Positions 18,992-28,084 of a stretch of DNA of 64,000 nucleotides are shown in pieces. The notes under the pieces are model-generated. The model was not told the origin of the DNA. It made no database searches and was given only the letters and a program-made list of their open reading frames with translations. Source of the stretch: Vulcanimicrobiota bacterium (GTDB taxonomy: Bacteria; Vulcanimicrobiota; Vulcanimicrobiia; Vulcanimicrobiales; Vulcanimicrobiaceae); assembly GCA_963812155.1 (NCBI GenBank), contig CAWETW010000002.1, positions 174,577-238,576 of the forward strand. Direction: 5' to 3'. Made by a program: the position numbers and the translations under genes. The stretch's first letter is position 1. The number at the start of each line of letters is the position of its first letter.

Positions 18992-20143
18992 GTGCATCGG
19001 CGCGTCTTCGCAATCGTACTCTCGGCGATCTCCGCCCTTGGCGTGCCGGGTTGCAGCGCGCCGGTCATCCCGAACGCTTTCCGTGAGACATCCGGCGCTG
19101 CCGAGCGCGCGTGCCGTCCGATTTTTTATCCACCGAGAGGCGCGGTCAAGCCACGCCGGATTGTTTTACGCGGTCCGGGACTGGTGTTCGGCGGAGGCGG
19201 GCTCGACGTCGACGGCGAGTTCGTATGGATTCACGATACGGTCGTTGGATCGCACGCGCGTCGGGACGGCGATCTCGTCATCTTACGGGCAAGCGGAGAC
19301 AACGACTACGATCGTTACATCTACCGTCTGGCGCCCTACAACTCGGTACGAACGCTCTTGCTGCCGGATTGCTCGTCTCCGAAGGTGCTGGCCGCGGCGG
19401 CAGCCATCGTCAGTGCTTCGTCGGCCGTGTTCTTCGCCGGGGGAGATCAGGCCGACTACGTTGTGTGGAAGGGAACGCCGATTCAAACAGCCGTGCAGGG
19501 CGTTTACGATGAGGGAGGCATCGTCGGAGGCACCAGCGCCGGCGAAGCGATCCTCTCCGAATACGTCTTCGACGCGCTCCACGATAACCGGTTCGACGCG
19601 ACGTCGAAAAACGCGGTTCGCAATCCCTACGAACGGTTGATCAGCTTTACGTACGATTTCCTGCGCTTCCCGGCTGCCGCCGGCGCCGTCGCCGACATGC
19701 ATTTCGTTACGCGGAACCGCTTCGGGCGCACGGCAGTTTTTATGGCGCGGCAAATCGCGGACGGGAAGGTTGGCGGAACGCATCCCGAGGTGCGTGCGAT
19801 CGCCGTCGACGAAGCGAGCGGACTCGTCGTCGACCGGCACGGAATGGCGACGCTGTTGCTGCAAGGCAAAGGCGGCTCGGCTTTTTTGATTCGAGGCGGT
19901 GCGGCGCGCGCGATCGAGCCCGGCAAGCCGTTCGTGTCGGGACGGATGACCGTCACGAAACTGAGCCGTCAGGGCGAGCGCTTCGATCTCGCCGCATGGT
20001 GCGGGAGCGAACCCACCTACGACGTAACGGTCGATGGAAGGCGCCCGTACGGCGAGATCTACTCACCTCTCGATCCGTACACACCTCCGCCCAATAGCCG
20101 AATACCGAAGTGTAAAGGAAGCTCTGATTTATCTCAAATCTAG
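18992..20143 (+). CDS. Peptidase S51 / cyanophycinase-like lipoprotein
   Basis: GTG start, lipobox GVPGCS. FFAGGDQADY and GGTSAGEAIL (GxSAG serine motif) match cyanophycinase and dipeptidase E relatives. Confidence 0.6.
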   Translation: MHRRVFAIVLSAISALGVPGCSAPVIPNAFRETSGAAERACRPIFYPPRGAVKPRRIVLRGPGLVFGGGGLDVDGEFVWIHDTVVGSHARRDGDLVILRASGDNDYDRYIYRLAPYNSVRTLLLPDCSSPKVLAAAAAIVSASSAVFFAGGDQADYVVWKGTPIQTAVQGVYDEGGIVGGTSAGEAILSEYVFDALHDNRFDATSKNAVRNPYERLISFTYDFLRFPAAAGAVADMHFVTRNRFGRTAVFMARQIADGKVGGTHPEVRAIAVDEASGLVVDRHGMATLLLQGKGGSAFLIRGGAARAIEPGKPFVSGRMTVTKLSRQGERFDLAAWCGSEPTYDVTVDGRRPYGEIYSPLDPYTPPPNSRIPKCKGSSDLSQI

Positions 20144-20218
20144 GAAACGAGGGCCGAAGTTTACTATGGTAAACGAGGCCCGAGTTGACAACGAGTTGAG
20201 GTAAATCAGAGCTTCCTT
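20115..20218. repeat. 104-bp composite palindromic element between convergent genes (terminator or MITE/REP-like)
   Basis: 17-bp perfect terminal inverted repeat aaggaagctctgattta (20115-20131) / taaatcagagcttcctt (20202-20218). It extends via a T-G wobble by 5 more bp (ctcaa/ttgag). Inside are a central gtttac-tatg-gtaaac hairpin and an internal direct repeat aaacgag(g)gcc(c)ga(a)gtt. Confidence 0.55.
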
Positions 20219-21959
20219 AGATTGGGCCCATCGCTTTAGACAATAGCTGACAAGCGTCGGCGCCGACTTCTTTCGTAATGAGATCGTTGAGGAGCGCGTT
20301 CATCCGGAGAATCGTTTCTTGGTTCTTTCCGGGATCGAGCGCAAGATTCCGCACTTCGCCCGGATCGTTTTGCAAATCGAAGAGCTGAACGTCGTTGTTC
20401 TTCAGAATCTCGTCCAGCGTCGTCGGTATGTTACAGGCAGTCGGCGCATAGTAGCGACCGAATTTGTAGCGTCCGTCAAAAGCCAGTGCGAGCAAACCGC
20501 GTTTGGTCAAATTCGCTTGCGCTAACGGCGGAGAAGGTTGGCCCCGGAACTGCGTGTCCATCGTTTTGTTTAGGAAATCGCCGTCGACGGTTGCCGGCCC
20601 AACGTAGTTAAAAAGAATCGCCGGACGTATCTGCGTGAGACGCGCGCCCTCGGGGTCGTCGAGCAGCGGCGAAAAGTCGTGGCCGGGCAGCGCCGTCACG
20701 GCGGGCGGCCGTTTCGAATCCGGTAATCCGGTGAGTCCGACGAACGTGGGGAGAAGGTCGAGGTGACTGGTGAGCGCCGAGCACTTCGTGCCCGCCTTTG
20801 CAGTGGGGTGCGCAACGATGAGCGGCACGTGGACGTTTTCCTCGTAGACGAACGGGCCTTTGCCTTTGAGGCCGCCGTGGGCTCCTCCCATCTCGCCGTG
20901 GTCTGCCGTAAAGATTACAACGGTATCCCGCCACAAATTCATCTCGTTCATGACGTCGACGATCTGCTGGATGCCGCGGTCGACGTCTTGAATGGCGTTA
21001 AGGTAGTAGTTGTAAAAGATCGTCCACATGTCTTTGCGATCGGTCGGAATGGTCCCAGACCAGCCGTCCCAGCCCTTTTTGTACTCTGACAGCGCATTCG
21101 GCATGCCCGGCGCGGCAAGCGATTCGTCGAGACTTGCCGGCAGCGTGAACGCCCATTTTTTATCGTAGATCGTGTTCGCCGGTGGGGGCGGCACGGCAGA
21201 GGGAATGACCGGAATCTGGACAGGCGGCTGCCCGGGAACGTTACCGTCACCGTACATGATGTCGTGCGGATTGACGAAGCTCGCCACCATAAAGAATGGC
21301 TGGCCGCTCTTTCGCGCTTCCGGACCGGCTTCGCGCAAATAGCGCGCACTCTCGCCTGCGATGAAGAGGTCGTTGTCGTAGCCGCTGTCGGGCGTGCTGC
21401 CGATGTCACCGCCGGAGCCGAATTTATCGAAGCCATAGGCTTGGGCTGCGTCGCTGTAGTTTACGCTAGGTTTCGGATCCAGAATCTCCTGGTCCATTTC
21501 GAATTTTCCGAAATAGGCGGTTTTATAGCCCATCCCTTTCAGCACCGATCCCATATTCGGCATCTTCGGATCCAAGCTGTGCACGAACGAGAATTGCATT
21601 TGGTCGATGACACCGGTGACTTGAGGCGGCTGGCCCGTGAGAAACGACGCTCTGGAGGGCGAGCACTGCGCGGTCGAGATGTAATGCTTCTGAAACGTGA
21701 CTCCGCGTTCGGCCATCGCGTTCATCGCGGGCAACGAATAGTCGGAATCTGCGAGCAGTTTTTCGACTCTTTGGTCGACGATGATGAAGACGATGTTATA
21801 GGGCGGCTTGCCGGCAGGTCCGGTCGCGATCGATCGGCTATGCGAGGTCTGCGCGGCCGCGTATTCGGGGATCCGCATCACCCCGAGGCCTGCCAAGACC
21901 TGCGCGCTTCGCGTAAGAAACTTACCTCTCGTCTTGCTGGACGATTCCTCGCGCTTCAT
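20217..21959 (-). CDS. Formylglycine-dependent sulfatase (arylsulfatase family)
   Basis: Sulfatase signature TAQCSPSRASFLTGQ (CxPxR) and the downstream GKFEM / ADHGE metal-site context. N-terminal signal-like region present. Confidence 0.9.
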   Translation of the reverse strand: MKREESSSKTRGKFLTRSAQVLAGLGVMRIPEYAAAQTSHSRSIATGPAGKPPYNIVFIIVDQRVEKLLADSDYSLPAMNAMAERGVTFQKHYISTAQCSPSRASFLTGQPPQVTGVIDQMQFSFVHSLDPKMPNMGSVLKGMGYKTAYFGKFEMDQEILDPKPSVNYSDAAQAYGFDKFGSGGDIGSTPDSGYDNDLFIAGESARYLREAGPEARKSGQPFFMVASFVNPHDIMYGDGNVPGQPPVQIPVIPSAVPPPPANTIYDKKWAFTLPASLDESLAAPGMPNALSEYKKGWDGWSGTIPTDRKDMWTIFYNYYLNAIQDVDRGIQQIVDVMNEMNLWRDTVVIFTADHGEMGGAHGGLKGKGPFVYEENVHVPLIVAHPTAKAGTKCSALTSHLDLLPTFVGLTGLPDSKRPPAVTALPGHDFSPLLDDPEGARLTQIRPAILFNYVGPATVDGDFLNKTMDTQFRGQPSPPLAQANLTKRGLLALAFDGRYKFGRYYAPTACNIPTTLDEILKNNDVQLFDLQNDPGEVRNLALDPGKNQETILRMNALLNDLITKEVGADACQLLSKAMGPI

Positions 21960-22137
21960 CTACGTCGCCCTCTCCCTTCGACAACACGCGCGGTTCTACG
22001 CTCGACCATCGGGCGCAAAACGTCGCTACGGCGCCCGAGGCTTTCGCGTCCGCGCATGGGCACCCCTGGGACGATGACAATGACGACGCTACGGGGAAAC
22101 GAGCACGAGTGTTTTCGTCAACTGCCGTAATCGCGCG

Positions 22138-22995
22138 GTGATCGTCCACCTCGTCGACGGAACATACGAACTCTTCCGCCACTTCTACGGATTGCGCCGC
22201 TTCAACAACGGTGAGGATCGCCGGTTCGGAGCCGCCGTTGGCGTATGCAACACGATCCTCCAGATGATCGACGAGGGCGCGACGCATGTCGGAGTGGCGA
22301 CCGATCACGTCATCGAGTCGTTCCGCAATGCCCTCTGGAGCGGTTACAAAACCGGAGCCGGCATCGAGCCGGCGTTACGCACGCAATTCGAACCGCTCGA
22401 AGATGCGTTAGATGCAATGGGGATCCAGGTGTGGGCGATGGTCGAACTCGAGGCCGACGATGCGCTCGCCTCCGCCGCGGCCATAGCGTCGAGAAATTCA
22501 CGCGCGGAAAAAATCTGCATTTGGACGCCGGACAAGGATCTCGCGCAATGCGTGCGTGAGGACCGCATCGTGCAGGTGGACCGGCGTAGCAAGCTCGTGC
22601 GCGACGCCGCCGGCGTGCGGGCAAAGTTCGGTGTAGATCCCGAACTCATCCCGGATTACCTTGCGCTCGTTGGAGATTCCGCGGATGGTTATCCCGGCAT
22701 CGCCGGCATCGGTGCCAAAGGCGCGGCGCTTCTCCTCGCACGCCATGGTCCGATCGAACGGTTTCCACCCGAGGTTCTCGGCGATCGCCGCCCTCTCGCG
22801 TTGAAGTTCAAAGAGCTGGCAACGCTTCGAACCGACGCGGCACTTTTTTCGAACGTCAATGAGTTGGCGTGGCAGGGGCCTACGTCGCGATTCTCGACCG
22901 TTTGCAAGCGGCTCGACGCCCCGAACCTCCTTGCACGCGCGACGAAATTGCAAAAGGCGGACAACGCGTCGGTCCGCAGGAACTCTAAACGATAA
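22138..22995 (+). CDS. 5'-3' exonuclease (FEN/Pol I N-terminal-like)
   Basis: PIN-like N-terminus (LVDGTYELFR, ELEADDALAS) and an H3TH region (LVGDSADGYPGIAGIGAKGAALLL). Confidence 0.85.
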   Translation: MIVHLVDGTYELFRHFYGLRRFNNGEDRRFGAAVGVCNTILQMIDEGATHVGVATDHVIESFRNALWSGYKTGAGIEPALRTQFEPLEDALDAMGIQVWAMVELEADDALASAAAIASRNSRAEKICIWTPDKDLAQCVREDRIVQVDRRSKLVRDAAGVRAKFGVDPELIPDYLALVGDSADGYPGIAGIGAKGAALLLARHGPIERFPPEVLGDRRPLALKFKELATLRTDAALFSNVNELAWQGPTSRFSTVCKRLDAPNLLARATKLQKADNASVRRNSKR

Positions 22996-23798
22996 TGAAA
23001 GTATCGATCGCGCTCGTTTTTGCTACCGCGCTCGCTTGTTCGGCTACCGGCTGTTCGTCCACGGCGACGACCGTGCCGATGCCGACGTCCGCGCCGGCTA
23101 TCTGCACGAGCTTCGTTCTCACCGGGCATCCGTCGTATCCGCCGGTGGCTTGGAAGAGCGCCGGCACGCTAACCGGCGGCGGCATCGACGTCGTCGCGCG
23201 CCTGGCAAACGCAAACGGGATAAAGATGCGCGTCCTTGCGCAGGATACTTGGGAAGACGCGCAGCTCGCGGTGCGCGGAGGTCACGCCGACGCGATCGTC
23301 GGAATTTATAAGACGAAAGAGCGCCAGGCGTACTTCCACTATCTATCGCCGCCGCTCGCCCCGGACCCGTCCGCCGTCGTCATTCGTAGCGGCGAAAGTT
23401 TCACGTATAAGGACTGGGACAGCCTCATCGGCAAACGCGGTGTTCTGGGAGCAGGTGAGTCGTACGGTTCAGCGTTCGACGAATTCCTGGCTGCAAAGCT
23501 CACGACGTATCGCGTAGCCACCCTCGCCGACGTCTTCTCGGAGGTGCTCGCGAGCAAAGCCGACTACGGACTCAGCGGCTACTACGCCGCAGTGACGTCA
23601 TCTCCGCCGGGCATTGTGTTTGCGAGTAAGAACTTCGTCACCGAAGGCCTCTACCTCGCTTTTGGTAAGCAGTCGCGCTGCGGTTTCGCGCTCGCGAGTG
23701 CCTTCTCGGCCGGCATCGCGCAGATGAGAGCCGATGGCACGATCGATCGTATTTTTGCGCGTGAGCTCAAACGCTACGAACGAACCCATCCGCGCTAA
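22995..23798 (+). CDS. Family-3 solute-binding protein (amino-acid ABC-type SBP fold) lipoprotein
   Basis: The ATG overlaps the preceding TAA (TAATG). Lipobox LACSATGCS. SBP_bac_3-like pattern (PPVAW....G...GIDV..., ADAIVG). No cognate permease or ATPase is adjacent. Confidence 0.7.
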   Translation: MKVSIALVFATALACSATGCSSTATTVPMPTSAPAICTSFVLTGHPSYPPVAWKSAGTLTGGGIDVVARLANANGIKMRVLAQDTWEDAQLAVRGGHADAIVGIYKTKERQAYFHYLSPPLAPDPSAVVIRSGESFTYKDWDSLIGKRGVLGAGESYGSAFDEFLAAKLTTYRVATLADVFSEVLASKADYGLSGYYAAVTSSPPGIVFASKNFVTEGLYLAFGKQSRCGFALASAFSAGIAQMRADGTIDRIFARELKRYERTHPR

Positions 23799-23801
23799 CG
23801 G

Positions 23802-23921
23802 CTAGCTCGCTTTGCGAGAAGCGGCGTCCTCGGCGCGGCGACGCCGCGAAGAATCCAGCGGGGTCAGCATTGTTTGCAAGCCGCCGACGACGGTAATCGG
23901 AATTCCGTTGTGGAAAACCAT
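23802..23921 (-). CDS. Possible 39-aa small protein (MVFHNGIPITVVGGLQTMLTPLDSSRRRRAEDAASRKAS)
   Basis: Own translation; the ORF is below the ORF-track size cut-off. Strong Shine-Dalgarno AAGGGAGG with GGAGG 6 nt upstream of the ATG. About 68% GC at third positions. No homology claim possible. Confidence 0.3.
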   Translation of the reverse strand: MVFHNGIPITVVGGLQTMLTPLDSSRRRRAEDAASRKAS

Positions 23922-24246
23922 CCTAAACCTCCCTTCCCATTGTTCGAATTTTCATCCACTCATATAGACCTATCCAAAGACGGAAAAGTTTCGCTGTCGT
24001 AACGCGCAAATTCGTGCTTGGCGGCCTTTAACGGGCGACTATTGTCGGGCGGCGCCGCCGGCTGAAAACCGCGGAATTCGGCGTCTGGAAAATCGACCGG
24101 ATATGCTTCGGTTACAGCGTCAATAGGGATGCCGCAAATCGCAATGGCGAGCGCCGCATTTGACGGCGGCGCCGAGGAGGAAGTCGTAGCGTCGTAGGCG
24201 GAGTCGACCGAATGCCAGCCGGAAACCGTTACGGTCGTGCGGAGCG

Positions 24247-24954
24247 TTGGGTATGAACGATGACGATTCGGCGAAGCGCGCCGCAGGCTACGCCGCGGTC
24301 GACCGCTACGTTACGGACGACGCGTGTATCGGCTTAGGCACCGGAACGACGGCGTATTGGGCGGTCGAACGCGTTGGCCGGCGCATCGCCAACGGCGAGC
24401 GTATCGCGGCGGTCGCGACGTCGACGGCGACCGAAGCGCTGTGCCGCAAATGGAACATTCCCGTACTCACACTTCTCGAGCGGCCGATGACCGTCGCGAT
24501 CGATGGCGCCGACGAAGTCGCTGCCGACTGGTCGCTCACGAAAGGCGGCGGCGGCGCGCTCTTTCGCGAGAAGGCAGTCGCGTTGTCGGCGCAGCAATTC
24601 GTCGTCATCGTAACGGGACGCAAGCTCGTCGAGAAGCTTGGCGCATTTCCCCTGCCGGTTGAAATCGTGCCCTACGCGGCGCCCTACGTGCAGCGCGAAA
24701 TCTCGCGCGCCTTTTCCGATCTTACGATCGTACGGCGCGGCACCGAAGACGTTCCCTACGTCACCGATAACGCCAACTGGATTTTCGATTGCCACTTCGG
24801 AAGCATCCAGGATCCGCGCGCCGTCGACGAAACGTTGCGGGGAATTCACGGCGTCGTCGCGACGGGAATCTTTTCCGGCATCGCCACCGACGTTATCGTC
24901 GGCGAAGCCTCCGGAACGGCCCGCTCGCTCTCGCACCGGGATGTTTCTTCATGA
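24247..24954 (+). CDS. rpiA: Ribose-5-phosphate isomerase A
   Basis: Conserved RpiA blocks GLGTGTTA, IDGADEV, KGGGGALFREK and PVEIVPYA. The start is either TTG 24247 or ATG 24253. Confidence 0.9.
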   Translation: MGMNDDDSAKRAAGYAAVDRYVTDDACIGLGTGTTAYWAVERVGRRIANGERIAAVATSTATEALCRKWNIPVLTLLERPMTVAIDGADEVAADWSLTKGGGGALFREKAVALSAQQFVVIVTGRKLVEKLGAFPLPVEIVPYAAPYVQREISRAFSDLTIVRRGTEDVPYVTDNANWIFDCHFGSIQDPRAVDETLRGIHGVVATGIFSGIATDVIVGEASGTARSLSHRDVSS

Positions 24955-26372
24955 GTGGGCCGACCCGCGCGCGGTTTCTGTCGACCGCCGCAGCCGCGGC
25001 GGTTCTTCCCTATGTCGAATGGATACGGCCGGTTGCGGCCCAGCCGCCGCCGGCGAAGCTCTCCGATATCGAGCACATCGTCATTCTCATGCAGGAGAAC
25101 CGGTCATTCGACCATTACTTCGGCACGCTGGCCGGCGTTCGCGGATTCGGCGACGCGCACGCTCCGCTGCTGCCCGGCGGGCGGACCGCGTTCTATCAAC
25201 CGGATCCGCGTTCGTCCGAAGGCTATTTACTCCCGTTTCACCTCGACACGCACACGACCAGCGCGCAGCGGCTGCACGACCTCAGCCATGCGTGGAACGT
25301 TCAGCATGCGGCGTGGAACGATGGGCGACTCGACCGTTTCGTCGAAGCGCACTACCGCAGCAACGGTCGCAGCGCGCCGCTTACGATGGGCTATTACAAA
25401 CGTGAGGACATTCCGTTCTACTACGCGCTCGCCGACGCGTTTACGGTCTGCGATGGATACCATTGCTCGGTGCTCGGACCAACTAACCCAAACCGCTACT
25501 ATTGGATGACCGGCTCGATCGACCCGACGGGGAAGTATGGCGGTCCCGCAACCGAAAACAGCGGCGGACGCTATGCGTGGGAAACCTACGCGCAGCGCCT
25601 TCAAAACGCCGGCATCTCGTGGCGGATATATCGCCCCGAATCCTCCATCGAGTTTCCCGTCGGTCTCGATGTGATTCTGAACTTCGCTGCCTTTCAAGAT
25701 CTTCCAACGACGTCACCGCTCTACGAGCATGCCGTCAAAGTTCGTCCGGTCGAGACGATGCTCGAGGATATTCGCAGCGGAAATCTTCCGCAGGTCACCT
25801 GGATCGTTCCGCCTTACGGACTCTCCGAACACCCCGACATGCTCCCGGCCGCCGGCGAGAACTACGTTCGCCGAATCCTCGAAGCGTTCTGGTCGAATCG
25901 CAAGGTTTGGTCGCGTACCGCGTTCGTCATCGTCTACGACGAGAACGACGGCCTCTTCGACCACGTGGTGCCACCGACGCCGCCGCCGGGAACACCCGGC
26001 GAATACGTCAACGGCGTGCCCATCGGACTCGGTTTTCGCGTACCTTGTTTGGTCGTCTCGCCGTTTTCGCGCGGCGGTTTCGTCTGCGGCCAAACGTTCG
26101 ATCACACGTCCACCCTGCGCCTGATCGAAGCGCGTTTCGGCGTCGAAGTTCCCAATTTGACGGCGTGGCGGCGTGGAACGTGCGGCGATTTGACCGGCGC
26201 CTTCGGTTTCGGCGAAGCCGCCGATACCAGCATTCCACAACTCCCTCAGACGGCCCAACCGCTCGCCGAGATCGAACGGCGGGTCGCCGAGCTTCCGCGT
26301 CCGGCCGCACCGCAGATTCAAACCATGCCCAAGCCTGAAACAACGGGAATCGTCCGCCGCCGGCGCGCGTAG
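24951..26372 (+). CDS. Phosphoesterase family protein (phospholipase C / acid phosphatase AcpA-like), signal peptide
   Basis: The ATG at 24951 overlaps the rpiA stop (ATGA). The N-terminus MSGPTRARFLSTAAAAAVL is Tat-like but lacks a canonical RR. The hallmark IEHIVILMQENRSFDHYFG is present. No C-terminal DUF756-type repeats. Confidence 0.8.
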   Translation: MSGPTRARFLSTAAAAAVLPYVEWIRPVAAQPPPAKLSDIEHIVILMQENRSFDHYFGTLAGVRGFGDAHAPLLPGGRTAFYQPDPRSSEGYLLPFHLDTHTTSAQRLHDLSHAWNVQHAAWNDGRLDRFVEAHYRSNGRSAPLTMGYYKREDIPFYYALADAFTVCDGYHCSVLGPTNPNRYYWMTGSIDPTGKYGGPATENSGGRYAWETYAQRLQNAGISWRIYRPESSIEFPVGLDVILNFAAFQDLPTTSPLYEHAVKVRPVETMLEDIRSGNLPQVTWIVPPYGLSEHPDMLPAAGENYVRRILEAFWSNRKVWSRTAFVIVYDENDGLFDHVVPPTPPPGTPGEYVNGVPIGLGFRVPCLVVSPFSRGGFVCGQTFDHTSTLRLIEARFGVEVPNLTAWRRGTCGDLTGAFGFGEAADTSIPQLPQTAQPLAEIERRVAELPRPAAPQIQTMPKPETTGIVRRRRA

Positions 26373-26390
26373 GTCAAACGCTCGAAGGCG

Positions 26391-26702
26391 TCAGCCTTTC
26401 GGATTCGCCGCCGAGTTCAGGGCCCGATTACGGACGGCAACGAGAAACTGCATCGGCGTCAGAAACCCGGGCCGCCCTTCAAGTGAATCGAGGACGTTCC
26501 AATCATCGCCCGCGCAATCAGTCTCCATAAGCGCGACGAATTCGGCGAGCACCTCCGTCGCCTTGCGCGCGACTTCCTCGCAGTGCGCAGGTATGGAGAA
26601 TGCAGGCCCGCGCCAGCCGCACGAGCAGATGAGTTCGTCGATTTCATTTGACCCGTAGACCGGCCGGTGCTCTACACTGACTGCAATGGTCTTTGCTTCC
26701 AT
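26391..26702 (-). CDS. Hypothetical protein
   Basis: I chose the internal ATG at 26702 (MEAKTIAVSVEH...) because the longer ORF would overlap the gpx gene by 77 nt. No Shine-Dalgarno and no family recognised. Confidence 0.4.
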   Translation of the reverse strand: MEAKTIAVSVEHRPVYGSNEIDELICSCGWRGPAFSIPAHCEEVARKATEVLAEFVALMETDCAGDDWNVLDSLEGRPGFLTPMQFLVAVRNRALNSAANPKG

Positions 26703-26733
26703 GCGGCTGCTTTTACCCGCAAAAACCGTATTC

Positions 26734-27276
26734 TTAGCGCGTGAGCTCCATTTCGATAGCTTCGCGCAGACGAGGGTCCCCGGGGGCGACGTCGGGCGAA
26801 AACCGGGCAACGACGGAGCCGTCGCGCGCGATGAGGAACTTTTCGAAGTTCCAGAGCACCTCCGGCTCGGGATTAGGCGTCATGCCGTACCCACTGAGCT
26901 CCTCACGAAACCCATCGCTCGCCTGCGCCTTTGGAAAACGCGCGACCAGCTCGGCGTACAGCGGATGCTTGCTATCGCCGGCGACGACGATCTTCGAAAA
27001 CATTGGAAAATCGACGGAGTATCGCTCGGTACAGAAAGCCGAGATCTCGGCGTCGTCACCCGGTTCCTGCGCTCCGAAATCGTTGGAGGGAAAGCCCATC
27101 ACGACGAGTCCCTTGTCGCGGTACTCCTTGCTCAGTGCTTCCAAGCCGCCGTATTGCGGCGTGAGTCCGCACTCCGACGCCGTGTTCACGAGAAGGAGCA
27201 CGTTCCCGGCGTACTCGCCGAGCGTCGTCTCGCGTCCGTCAATGGTTGCAAGCGGGATCTGCAGTAAATCAGTCAT
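26734..27276 (-). CDS. Glutathione peroxidase (Cys-type)
   Basis: LLLVNTASECGLTPQY, GFPSNDFGAQEPG and WNFEKFL motifs. The active-site residue is encoded by TGC. ATG chosen at 27276. Confidence 0.9.
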   Translation of the reverse strand: MTDLLQIPLATIDGRETTLGEYAGNVLLLVNTASECGLTPQYGGLEALSKEYRDKGLVVMGFPSNDFGAQEPGDDAEISAFCTERYSVDFPMFSKIVVAGDSKHPLYAELVARFPKAQASDGFREELSGYGMTPNPEPEVLWNFEKFLIARDGSVVARFSPDVAPGDPRLREAIEMELTR

Positions 27277-27361
27277 GGGACGCCTGCCTTCGGCGGGGGC
27301 CGGCACCCTACCCTCGACGCCCCGTCCGAAACAAAGCATTCGGCATGCCGTACGTGCGCCA

Positions 27362-28084
27362 ATGGAGATTCTGACCGAAGCTCTGAGTAAGAACTATCGC
27401 GAGATCGCTGCAGTGCGAGATTGTACGCTGCGGTTGGAGCCCGGAGTTCTGGGATTGCTCGGGCCAAACGGCGCGGGCAAATCGACGCTGATGCGTATGC
27501 TGGCGACGGTCACGAAGCCCACCAGCGGAACGATCCGCTTCGACGGAACCGACGTCGTCGCACAGCCGGGCAAGTTGCGCCGAGTGCTAGGGTATCTGCC
27601 GCAGGACTTCGGCATCTATCCGCATCTCTGCGCGACCGAATTCCTCGAATATATCGGCGCCCTCAAAGGCATCCCACGCCGGCAGCTTCGCGCGCGCATC
27701 GGCACGTTACTCGAGCTTCTGAACCTCACGCATGCCGCGTCGCGGCCCCTGGGCGGCTTCTCGGGCGGCATGCGCCAGCGTGTCGGGATCGCACAGGCAC
27801 TGCTCAACGACCCGCAAGTCTTAATCGTCGACGAGCCGACGGCGGGATTGGATCCGGAGGAACGCGTGCGGCTTCGCACGCTGTTGTACGAGATGGCGCG
27901 CGACCGCATCATCATCTTCTCGACGCACATCTGCTCCGACGTCGAAAGCATCGCGACGCGCATTGCCATCGTCAATCACGGGAAGCTGTTAGCCCACGAC
28001 GCTTTCTCGAGGCTTCTCTTGCCTTCGGAATCGTTGGAGGGGTGCTACTTGCGCGTCATCTCGGAAAGTCGCGCCGCGGCGTGA
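27362..28084 (+). CDS. ABC transporter ATP-binding protein (ABC-2/DrrA-like exporter type)
   Basis: Walker A GPNGAGKST, signature FSGGMRQRV, Walker B VLIVDEPTAGLD. The upstream part of the 26741 ORF is antisense to gpx and was discarded. Confidence 0.9.
   Translation: MEILTEALSKNYREIAAVRDCTLRLEPGVLGLLGPNGAGKSTLMRMLATVTKPTSGTIRFDGTDVVAQPGKLRRVLGYLPQDFGIYPHLCATEFLEYIGALKGIPRRQLRARIGTLLELLNLTHAASRPLGGFSGGMRQRVGIAQALLNDPQVLIVDEPTAGLDPEERVRLRTLLYEMARDRIIIFSTHICSDVESIATRIAIVNHGKLLAHDAFSRLLLPSESLEGCYLRVISESRAAA

Noticed and set aside
20217-21959. Tat signal on the sulfatase, and a sulfatase-maturase pairing
   Set aside because: The N-terminus reads TRGKFLTRS without a twin arginine. No FGE or anaerobic sulfatase maturase gene is adjacent. 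Only a generic signal-like N-terminus can be claimed.
26734-27276. Possibility that the glutathione peroxidase is a selenoprotein, given selD in the window
   Set aside because: The active-site codon is TGC (…ACG GCG TCG GAG TGC GGA…) and the frame has no internal TGA.
26741-27361. Long N-terminal extensions in the ORF track (26741..28084, 27421..29625, 32409..33539, 33034..34287, 13785..15041, 8606..9871, 273..1193)
   Set aside because: The extensions overlap neighbouring genes on the same or opposite strand and are Arg/Pro/Ser-rich. Internal starts give family-typical N-termini (Rossmann GxGxxG, Walker A context, signal peptides), often with an SD or a start/stop overlap.
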